A stretch of DNA of 64,000 bases from Malacoraja senta (lineage: Eukaryota): contig JAXLNO010000529.1 in assembly GCA_038087875.1 (NCBI GenBank), forward strand, positions 372,001 through 436,000. Reading direction: 5' to 3'. Under the pieces are notes generated by a model. It was not told the DNA's origin. It saw only the letters and a program-made list of their open reading frames with translations, and did not search any database. The translations under genes and the position numbers were made by a program. This document shows positions 13,807 through 23,927 of the stretch, piece after piece; positions within the stretch are counted from its first letter, which is position 1; every line of letters starts with the position of its first letter.

Positions 13807-14470
13807 TATTGTGTGCAGTTTTGGTCCCCTAATTTGAGGAAGGACATTCTTGCTATTGAGAGAGCACCGCGTAGGTTCACCAGGTTAATTCCCGAGATGG
13901 CGGGACTGTCATATGCTGAGAGAATGGAGCGGCTGGGCTTGTACACTCTGGAGTTTAGAAGGATGAAAGGGCATCTTATTGAAACATATAAGATTATTAA
14001 GGGTTTGGACACGCTAGAGGCAGGAAACATGTTCCCGATGTTGGGGTACTCCAGAACCAGGGGCCACACACAGTTTAAGAATAAGGAGTAAGCCATTTAG
14101 AACGGAGACGAGGAGAAACTTTTCCACCCAGAGAGTTGTGAATCTGTGGCCATTTGGGACTGAGATGAGGAGAAACTTTTCCACCCAGAGAGTTGTGAAT
14201 CTGTGGCCATTTAGGACTGAGATGAGGAGAAACTTTTCCACCCAGAGCGTTGTGAATCTGTGGGATTCTCTGCCTCAGAGGGTGGTGGAGGCCAGTTCTC
14301 TGGATACTTTCAAGAGAGAGCTAGATAGGGCTCTTAAAGATAGCGGAGTCACGGGATATGAGGAGAAGGCAGGGACGGGGTACTGATTGGGGATGATCAG
14401 CCATGATCACAGTGAATGGCAGTGCTGGCTCGAAGGGCCGAATGACCTCCTCCTGCACCTGTAGTCTATT
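13807..14470 (+). mobile_element. CR1 3' end with an internal triplication of about 56 bp (about 14092-14260)
   Basis: YCVQFWSPNLRKD...GHLIETYK; gagaaacttttccacccagag occurs three times. Confidence 0.88.
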
Positions 14471-14501
14471 GTCCAGTGAAAGTGATTTGACTCTATTGCA
14501 G

Positions 14502-14700
14502 GTAGACAAAAATGCTGGAGAAACTCAGTGTGTGAGGCAGCATCTATGGAGAGAAGGAAATGGTTCTTGAGTCTGAAGAAGGGTCTCGACCCGAATCGTC
14601 AACTATTCCTTCGCACAGTAGATGCTGCCTCACCCGGTGAGATACTCCAGCATTTTGTGTCTACCTTTGATTTTCCAGCATCTGCAGTTCCTTCTTAAAC
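14502..14700 (+). mobile_element. Hairpin-shaped Penelope-derived short repeat with a hammerhead-like core (related copies near 31398-31592, 37238-37315 and 53848-54030)
   Basis: Inverted arms gtagacaaaaatgctggag...ctccagcattttgtgtctac enclosing ctgaagaagggtctcgacccgaatcgtc. Confidence 0.6.
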
Positions 14701-14910
14701 ATTTAGACGATATTGTTGTCTCGTTTATTCCATTCCATTGCGGTTCTTACAGAGAACGAGTCCTTATAAATATCTGTCCTGGCCAATGGTGTTTCTATTT
14801 GCAGATCATTTCTCTTTCCTGTCCTATGTGTTGAGTGCGTTATGTATCTATCTGCAGTTATGCCCACGGTTGGCAGGAATGGGTCTATGTTCACCCAAAT
14901 CCTCTGTCCC

Positions 14911-15085
14911 AGAGAGAGTGAGAGAGAGGGAGAGACAGAGAGAGACAGAGAGAGACAAAGAGAGACAGGGAGAGAGACTCAGAGAGAGATAGAGACAGAG
15001 AGAGAGAGAGAGACAGGGAGAGAGACAGGGAGAGAGACAGGGAAAGAGACAGGGAGAGAGACAGACACTGAGAGAGAGAGACAGG

Positions 15086-15117
<32 letters not shown>

Positions 15118-15182
15118 AAGAGAGAGAGAATGAGACACAGAGAGAGAGATAGACAGGGAGAGAGAGAGAGAGAGAGACAGAG
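14911..15182. repeat. (GA/GACA)n low-complexity tract
   Basis: Directly visible. Confidence 0.95.
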
Positions 15183-15184
15183 TG

Positions 15185-15750
15185 ATACAGCGTGGAAACA
15201 GGACCTTCAGCCAAACTTACCCACACCAGCCAACTTGCCCCATCTACACTAGTCCCATCTGCTGCCCGTGTTTGGCAAATTATCCCTCCAAACCTGTCCT
15301 ATCCATGTACCTGTCCAAGTGTTGTGATAGACCCAGCCTCAACTACCTCCTCGGAAGCTCGTTCCATACACCCACCACCCTCTGTGTGGAAAAGTTGCCC
15401 CTCAGATCCCTATTCAATTTTTCCCGCCCCCTCGTCTCTCACCTTAAACCCGTGTCCTCTGGTCCTCAATTCCCCTACTCTGGGCAAGAGACTCTGTGCG
15501 TCTACCCGATCTATTCCTCTGGTGATTTTGTACACCTCTATAAGATCGCCCCTCATCCTCCTGCCCTCCAAGGAATAGAGTCCCAGCCCTGCCCCAACCT
15601 CTCCCTGTAGCTCAGGTCCCTCGAGTCCCGGCAACATCCTCGTAAATCTTCTCCATGCCCTTTCAAAGCTCGACGACATCTTTCCTGTGCCCAGAACTGA
15701 ACGCAATACTCTAAATGCAGCCTCACCAACATCTTGTACAACTGCAACGT
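15185..15750 (-). mobile_element. CR1 3' end, a different subfamily
   Basis: [29 protein letters not shown]. Confidence 0.8.
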
Positions 15751-15884
15751 GACCTCCCGACTTCACACAGAGAGAGAGAGGGAGGGAGGGAGGGAGAGAG
15801 AGGGAGAGGGAGGGGGAGGGGGGAGGAGAGGAGGGGGGAGAGAGGGGGGGGAGGGGGGAGGGGGAGAGAGAGAGAAAAAATAAA

Positions 15885-17820
15885 GGTACAGGAGTAGGCC
15901 ATTCGGCCCTTCGATCCTGCACCGCCATTCAATATGATCATGGCTGCTCATCCAACTCAGTATCCTGTACCTGCCTTCTCTCCATACCCCCTGATCCCTT
16001 TAGCCACAAGGGCCACATCTAACTCCCTCTTAAATATAGCCAATGAACTGGCCTCAACTACCTTCTGTGGCAGAGAATTCCAGAGATTCACCACAAACGA
16101 TTTTCTCATCTCGGTCCTATAAGACTTCCCCCTTATCCTTAAACTGTGACCCCGTGTTCTGGACTACCCCAACATCGGGAACAATCTTCCTGCATCTAGC
16201 CTGTCCAACCCCTTAAGAATTTTGTAAGTTTCTATAAGATCCCCCCTCAATCTTCTAAATTCTAGCGAGTACAAGCCGAGTCTATCCAGTCTTTCTTCAT
16301 ATGAAAGTCCTGCCATCCCAGGAATCAGTCTGGTGAACCTTCTCTGTACTCCCTCTAAGGCAAGAATGTCTTTCCTCAGATTAGGAGACCAAAACTGTAT
16401 GCAATACTCCAGGTGTGGTCTCACCAAGACCCTGTACAACTGCAGTAGAACCTCCCTGCTCCTATACTCAAGTCCTTTTGCTATGAATGCTAACATACCA
16501 TTCGCCTTCTTCTCTGCCTGCTGCACCCGCATGCCTACTTTCAATGACTGGTGTACCATGACACCCAGGTCTCGTTGCATCTCCCCTTTTCCTAATCGGC
16601 CACCATTCAGATAATAGTCTACTTTCCTGCTTTTGCCACCAAAGTGGATAACCTCACATTTATCCACATTATACTGCATCTGCCATGCATTTGCCCACTC
16701 ACCCAGCCTATCCAAGTCATCTTGCAGCCTCCTAGCACCATCCTCACAGCTAACACTGCCCCCCAGCTTCGTGTCTTCCGCAAACTTGGAGATGTTGCAG
16801 TCAATTCCCTCGTCCAAATCATTAATATATATTGTAAATAGCTGTGGTCCCAGCACTGAGCCTTGCGGTACCCCACTAGTCACTGCCTGCCATTCTGAAA
16901 AGGACCCGTTTACTCCTACTCTTTGCTTCCTGTCTGCCAGCCAGTTCTCTATCCACATCAATACTGAACCCCCAATAACGTGTGCTTTAAGTTTGCATAC
17001 TAATCTCTTATGTGGGACCTTGTCGAAAGCCTTCTGAAAGTCCAGATATAACGCATCCACTGGTTCTCCCTTATCCACTCTACTAGTTACATCCTCGAAA
17101 AATTCTATAAGATTCGTCAGACATGATTTACCTTTCATAAATCCATGCTGACTTTGTCCAATAATTTCACCATTTTCCAAATGTGCTGCTATCCCATCTT
17201 TAATAACTGACTCTACCAGTTTCCCCACTACCGATGTTAGACTAACTGGTCTGTAATTCCCCGTTTTCTCTCTCCCTCCCTTTTTAAAAAGTGGGGTTAC
17301 ATTAGCTACCCTCCAATCCTCAGGAACTACTCCAGAATCTAAAGAGTTTTGAAAAATTATCACTAATGCATCCACTATTTCCGGGGCTACTTCCTTAAGT
17401 ACTCTAGGATGCAGCCTATCTGGCCCGGGGGATTTATCGGCCTTTAATCCATTCAATTTACCTAACACCACTTCCCGGCTAACCTGGATTTCACTCAGTT
17501 CCTCCATCTCGTTTGACCCCCGGTCCCCTGCTATTTCCGGCAGATTAATTAAGTCATCCTCAGTGAAGACAGAACCAAAGTAGTTATTCAATTGGTCTGC
17601 CATGTCCTTGTTCCCCATGATCAATTCACCTGTTTCTGACTGCAAGGGACCTACATTTGTTTTAACTAATCTTTTTCTCTTCACATATCTATAAAAACTT
17701 TTGCAGTCAGTTTTTATGTTCCCTGCCAGTTTTCTTTCATAATCTATTTTCCCTGTGAGTACAAGAGCAGGGAGGTTCAACTGCAGTTGTACAGGGTCTT
17801 GGTGAGACCACACCTGGAGA
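15885..17820 (-). mobile_element. 5'-truncated CR1 LINE
   Basis: 549-aa ORF 16164-17813 with [18 protein letters not shown] and KFAED (altered catalytic motif). Confidence 0.95.
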
Positions 17821-17912
17821 TTGAGCGGTTCCTTTCATCAAGCCCTTTGACCCGGTGACCTTACGTGCACACCCCCTATAACTCCAGATGTGGTCTCACC
17901 AGAGCCCTGTAT

Positions 17913-18553
17913 CAGGGGTGGAAAACCCGGGGGGGGGGGGGGTGCCAGAGGGGACACGTCCCCCCCCATGTTTTGAGAGGTGGGGGACATCCCCCCACTT
18001 TCCACTTTCTCCACTTTCCGCGAGACAGTGGGGGTGGGACTGATGATCGAGGGCGCGATTATTGGAGGAGGGAAAAGTGGGGGAGGAGGGTGGGAATGAG
18101 GTTAGAGCACGGTGATTGGAGGAGGGAGACGTGGCACAGACCTGCGCCTCATCCGTAGGCAGGATCGATCCCGGCCGGCTCTCCGGCGCTTTTCCGAGTC
18201 TCCCCCCCCCCCCACGGGTGGCCAGAGAGGTCGGGAGTCAGACGCGAGCTGTACCCCCATGCCCACAGCCAGCGCAGAGAAACAGCCCTAAACCCAGCTC
18301 ACTCTGCCTGTCCCGCCAGGTGAATCTGCCTGGACTAGCGGGAAATATGGCCAACGCGGAGAAGCAGCGCTGGTGTCCCGTCAGTCCAGGCAGGGCTGTA
18401 GTTAACCCGGTGAGACAGGCAGTGTTGAGCTGCATTTAGCGCTGGATTGAGCCTCCGAAGCCTCGCGTGTGTGTGTGTGCGCATGCGCGCGCGGCCGCCT
18501 AAAAATTGTGTCCCCCGTCCCCCCCCATGTTTTCATAGTGAGTTCCGCTCTTG
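17913..18553 (+). mobile_element. Non-autonomous hAT-type DNA transposon (MITE)
   Basis: Imperfect TIRs caggggtggaa / ttccgctcttg; 8-bp TSD ccctgtat (17905-17912) and ccctgtac (18554-18561); inverted partial copy at about 28660-29133. Confidence 0.75.
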
Positions 18554-18775
18554 CCCTGTACAACTGCAGAAGAACCTCTTTACTGCTATACTGGACACAA
18601 TACTCCAGATGTGGTCTCACCAGAGCCCTCCTGTACAACTGCAGAAGGAGCTCTTTACTCCTATACTGGACACATACTCCAGATGTGGTCTCACCAGAGC
18701 CCACCTGTACAACTGCAGAAGGACCTCATTACTGCTATACTGGACACAATACTCCAGATGTGGTCTCACCAGAGG
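18554..18775 (-). repeat. Tandem repeat of about 74 bp (3 units here; related pieces at 17880-17912 and 19682-19752) derived from CR1 ORF2
   Basis: cctgtacaactgcagaag...ctatactggacaca(a)tactccagatgtggtctcaccagag repeated. Confidence 0.88.
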
Positions 18776-19680
18776 GTCTCTGCGCATCCCTCTGCAATTG
18801 GATCCTCGACTTCCTCACTCTCAGACCACAGTCTGTTCGTATTGGTGGAAATGTGTCAGATTCGATAACAATCAGCACGGGAGCACCTCAAGGCTGCGTG
18901 CTCAGCCCCATGCTGTACTCACTCTATACTCATGACTGCGTAGCCGGACATAGTGCGAACTCCATCATCAAGTTTGCTGACGACACCACTGTTGTGGGAC
19001 ATATCACTGATGGGGATGAGTCAGAGTAAAGAAGAGAGATCGAGCAACTGTCCATATGGTGCCAGCACAATAACCTGGCCCTCAACACCAGCAAAATCAA
19101 GGAACTGATTGTGGACTTTGGAAGGAGTAGGATGGGGACCCACAGTCCCGTTTATATCAACGGGTCGATGGTTGAAAGGGTCAAGAGCTTCAAATTCCTG
19201 GGCGTGCACATCTCTGAAGATTTTTCCTGGTCCGAGAACACTGATGCCATTATTAAGAAAACACATCAGCGCCTCTACTTCCTGAGATTACGGAGAGTCG
19301 GTTTGTCAAGGAGGACTCTCTCTAACTTCTACAGGTGCACAGTAGAGAGCATGCTGACCGGCTGCATCGTGGCTTGGTTCGGCAACTTGAGCGCCCTAGA
19401 GAGGAAAAGACTACAAAAAGTAGTAAACACTGCCCAGTCCATTATTGGCTCTGACCTCCCTTCCCCACAGCCATCAGGCTATTAAACCTGGCTCGGACAT
19501 AACACTGAACTTTATTAGCCAATACTGTTATTTGCACTTTATCAGTATTTTGATTCATGTGTGTATATATTTATAGAATGCCTTGTAGTCAATGCCTACT
19601 ATGTTCTGTTGTGCTGAAGCAAAGCAAGAATTTCATTGTCCTATCAGGGACACATGACAATAAACTCACTTGAACTTTAA
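18776..19680 (+). mobile_element. Rex1/Babar LINE 3' portion
   Basis: [27 protein letters not shown] and QRLYFLR motifs; caataaa before the tail. Confidence 0.88.
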
Positions 19681-19764
19681 CGTCTCACCAGAGCCCTGTA
19701 CAACTGCAGAAGGACCTCTATACTCCTATACTGGACACATACTCCAGATGTCCCTCTAACCTTC

Positions 19765-20168
19765 AGCCCATTGGCCGGGCCGTCTGTCCGTCTCCCTCAC
19801 CCTCCAATCAGCAACGAGAGGAGGCGGGACACCCTTCAACCCCTCCCCGTTTGGATGATCTGGCCGGCCATCACACATCTCCATCCAATCAGCCACGTCG
19901 AGAGGCGGGACAACCTCCTACTCCCCCGCCCATTGGCCGGTCCATCCGTCCGTCAACCCGTCTCCAGCCTATTGTATGACCCGTCCGCCCATCAACCAGA
20001 CCCCATCCAATCACCGCCTGCGGGAGGTGGGATGTCCCTCGAACCCGCCGTCCGTCACCGCCTCCTCGTCCAATCAACGCGGTCGGGGGGCGGGACCCTG
20101 CGACGGTTGGTGCCCGGAGCCGCCGCCATCTTGATCGCCGGCGCCGTCACCGTCTCCCCTCAGTAAGT
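19765..20168 (+). promoter_or_regulatory. CpG-island promoter with four CCAAT plus GC-box units, a YY1 motif and a putative non-coding first exon
   Basis: ccaatca near 19805, 19885, 20007 and 20070, each followed by gg(c/t)ggga; gccgccatcttg near 20122; splice donor ca|gtaagt at 20162/20163. Confidence 0.65.
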
Positions 20169-20220
20169 CTCTCTCTCTCCCTCTCTCTCTCTCTGTCCCC
20201 CAGCGTCCCCGCCCCGCTAC

Positions 20221-20340
20221 CTTGGTGCCGGGGGTGAAGCGCTGCCGCCCGCCAGGGTCATGGCCGCCGTCGATGATGCGTTTGACCACCCCGTCCATGT
20301 CCGACAGCGACGCCGAGAGCGTCGAGTCCGCGTCCGCCAT
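20221..20340 (-). CDS. Putative first coding exon of an AIP/AIPL1-family (FKBP-like/TPR) gene; other exons not found
   Basis: MADADSTLSASLSDMDGVVKRIIDGGHDPGGRQRFTPGTK (40 codons), start context ccaagATGG, phase-0 donor AAG|GTAGCG; resembles the AIP N-terminus (DGIQKRVIQEG...FQDGTK) as I recall it. Confidence 0.6.
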
Positions 20341-20500
20341 CTTGGCGCGTCGGCGCCTCGATCAACCGCCCGCCCGCTCGGGCGTTTCCGCTCACGCACT
20401 CGGGTGTTTCCGGCGGCGGTCATACACTCGGCTCACTCGGGCTGTGACGTCACTCGAGCTCGGGCGTCACTCGGGCTCGGGCTTCTCACTCGGGCGAAAC

Positions 20501-21040
20501 GTTGAGCATAGGAGCCGGGAGGTTCTACTGCAGTTGTACAGGGTCTTGGTGAGACCACACCTGGAGTATTGCGTACAGTTTTGGTCTCCTAATCTGAGGA
20601 AATACATTCTTGCCATAGAGGGAGTGCAGAGAAGGTTCACCAGACTGATTCCTGGGATGGCAGGACTTTCATATGAAGAAAGACTGGATAGACTCGGCTT
20701 GTACTCGCTAGAATTTAGAAGATTGAGGGGGGATCTTATAGAAACTTACAAGATTCTTAAGGGGTTGGACAGGCTAGATGCAGGAAGATTGTTCCCGATG
20801 TTGGGGGAGTCCAGAACAAGGCGTAACAGTTTAAGGATAAGGGGGAAGTCTTTTAGGACCGAGATGAGGAAAACATTTTTCACACAGAGAGTGGTGAATC
20901 TGTGGAATTCTCTGCCACAGAAGGTAGTTGAGGCCAGTTCATTGGCTATATTTAAGAGGGAGTTAGATGTGGCCCTTGTGGCTAAAGGGATCAGGGGGTA
21001 TGGAGAGAAAGCAGGTACAGGATACTGAGTTGGATGATCA
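20501..21040 (+). mobile_element. CR1 3' end
   Basis: [20 protein letters not shown]...GYGEKAGTGY*. Confidence 0.92.
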
Positions 21041-23164
21041 GGGAAGGTAGTGCATCCGTGGATAACAAGGGAAATCAGGGATAGTATCAAAGCAAAAGAT
21101 GATGCGTACAAATTAGCAAGAAAAAGCAGCATACCAGAGGACTGGGAGAAATTCAGAGACCAGCAGAGGAGGACAAAGGGCTTAATTAGGAAAGGGGAAA
21201 ATAGATTATGAAAGAAAACTGTCAGGGAACATAAAAACTGACTGCAAAAGTTTTTATAGATATGTGAAGAGAAAGAGATTAGTTAAAACAAATGTAGGTC
21301 CCTTGCAGTCAGAAACTGGTGAATTGATCATGGGGAACAAGGATATGGCGGACCAATTGAATAACTACTTTGGTTCCGTCTTCACTAAGGAAGACATAAA
21401 TAATCTGCCGGAAATAGCAGGGGACCGCGGGTCAAAGGAGATGGAGGAACTGAGTGAAATCCAGGTTAGTCGGGAAGTGGTGTTGGGTAAATTGAATGGA
21501 TTAAAGGCCGATAAATCACCAGGGCCAGATAGGCTGCATCCCAGAGTACTTAAGGAAGTAGCTCCAGAAATAGTGGATGCATTAGTGATAATTTTTCAAA
21601 ACTCTTTAGATTCTGGAGTAGTTCCTGAGGATTGGAGGGTAGCAAACATAACCCCACTTTTTAAGAAGGGAGGGAGAGAGAAAATGGGGAATTACAGACC
21701 AGTTAGTCTAACATCGGTAGTGGGGAAACTGCTAGAGTCAGTTATTAAAGATGGGATAGCAGCACATTTGGAAAGTGGTGAAATCATTGGACAAAGTCAG
21801 CATGGATTTACGAAAGGTAAATCATGTCTGCCGAATCTTATAGAATTTTTCGAGGATGTAACTACTAGAGTGAATAGGGGAGAACCAGTGAATGTGTTGT
21901 ATCTGGACTTTCAGAAGGCTTTCGACAAGGTCCCACATAAGAGATTAGTATACAAACTTAAAGCACACGGTATTGGGGGTTCAGTATTGATGTGGATAGA
22001 GAACTGGCTGGCAAACAGGAAGCAAAGAGTAGGAGTAAATGGGTCCTTTTCACAATGGCACGCAGTGACTAGTGGGGTACCGCAAGGCTCAGTGCTGGGA
22101 TCCCAGCTATTTACAATTTATATTAATGAACTGGATGAGGGAATTGAAGGCAACATCTCCAAGTTTGCAGATGACACTAAGCTGGGGGGCAGTGTTAGCT
22201 GTGAGGAGGATGCTAGGAGACTGTAAGGTGACTTGGATAGGCTGGGTGAGTGGGCAAATGTTTGGCAGATGCAGTATAATGTGGATAAATGTGAGGTTAT
22301 CCACTTTGGTGGCAAAAACAGGAAAGCAGACTATTATCTAAATGGTGGCCGATTAGGTAAAGGGGAGATGCAGCGAGACCTGGTTGTCATGGTACACCAG
22401 TCATTGAAAGTAGGCATGCAGGTGCAGCAGGCAGTGAAGAAAGCGAATGGTATGTTAGCTTTCATAGCAAAAGGATTTGAGTATATGAGCAGGGAGGTTC
22501 TACTGCAGTTGTACAGGGTCTTGGTGAGACCACACCTGGAGTATTGCGTACAGTTTTGGTCTCCAAATCTGAGGAAAGACATTATAGCCATAGAGGGGGT
22601 ACAGAGAAGGTTCACCAGACTGATTCCTGGGATGTCAGGACTTTCATATGAAGAAAGACTGGATAGACTTGGCTTATACTCGCTAGAATTTAGGAGATTG
22701 AGAGGGGATCTTATAGAAACGTACAAAATTCTTATGGGGTTGGACAGGCTAGATGCAGGAAAATTGTTCCCGATGTTGGGGAAGTCCAGGACAAGGGGTC
22801 ACAGCGTAAGGATAAGGGGGAAATCCTTTAAAAACCGAGATGAGAAAAAACGTTTTCACGCAGAGAGTGGTGAATCTCTGGAACTCTCTGCCACATAGGG
22901 TAGTTGAGGCCAGTTCATTGGCTATATTTAAGAGGGAGTTAGATGTGGCCCTTGTGGCTAAAGGGATCAGGGGGTATGGAGAGAAGGCAGGTACGGGATA
23001 CTGAGTTGGATGATCAGCCATGATCATATTGAATGGCGGTGCAGGCTCGAAGGGCCGAATGGCCTACTCCTGCACCTATTTTCTATGTATATCATATTGA
23101 ATGGTGGTGCAGGCTCAAAGGGCCGAATGGCCTACTGCTGCACCTATTTTCTATGTTTCTATGT
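21041..23164 (+). mobile_element. 5'-truncated CR1 LINE with duplicated 3' tail
   Basis: ORFs 21264-22226 and 22233-22898 carry RT motifs; premature TAA; 3' UTR end repeated at 23025-23164. Confidence 0.95.
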
Positions 23165-23249
23165 TGACGCACGGAGTCACTCAATCCACCTGGTGGACAT
23201 CGCAGCTTGCGGTATATGTTGTTAATACACGAAACGTGTACTTTCCTAC

Positions 23250-23908
23250 CTGTTAAAAAACGCCAAAATGTTGAATTTTTGCGCTGTAAATAATTGTGTA
23301 AGTCGGGGTAACCGTGAGAGACATCTATCCTACTTCAGAATTCCAAAAGTGAAGCGAAATGAAGGTAAAGAGAAGCAAGAGCTGAAGGGACAACAACAGC
23401 TAAAGTGCTTGGCGAACATTGGCCGTGCAGATATCGAGATTGAAAATATTGGTAATTATCGCCTTTGCTCACTGCATTTCATCAACAGTAAGGCATTATT
23501 TGCGGTTTTTCTTGATTCCTTTGGTATCTAAAAAGTCTCAGAAGTGATAAATCTGGTTGTAAATTTTGCTTCAGAGGCGTATTCATTTTGTATGTAAAAA
23601 CCCACTTGAGAATCATGGGCGATTTTGAAATTTTACAGCCAGATTTATCCCTTCTGAAACTTTTTAGATACCAAAGGAATAAAGAAAAAACACAAATAAT
23701 GCCTTAGTTGATGAAATGCAGTGAGCAAACGGCCAATGTTCGACAAGCATTCTGGCTGTTGTTGTCCCTTCAGCTCTCGCTTCTCTTTACCTTCATTTCT
23801 CCTCACTTTTGGGATTCTGAAGTTGGCTAAATGTCTCCCACGCTTATCCCGATTTCCATAATTATTTACAGTGCAAAAATTGACAATTTCGGCGGGTTTT
23901 AACGGGCC
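23250..23908. mobile_element. Fold-back DNA transposon remnant carrying THAP zinc-finger coding sequence in both arms
   Basis: MLNFCAVNNC...SYFRIP...RLCSLHF (C2CH THAP) at 23268-23487 followed by gtaag; inverted diverged copy at about 23625-23908. Confidence 0.8.
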
Positions 23909-23927
23909 CGCTACGCTGGAAACAATG

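Noticed and set aside
20222..21028. 268-aa novel fusion ORF
   Set aside because: GC-rich antisense of the AIP-like exon running by chance into the CR1 ORF2 frame; no ATG start at the annotated position
23268..23531. Domesticated host THAP gene
   Set aside because: It sits in a palindromic element, lacks the conserved Trp and has no downstream exon before the L1
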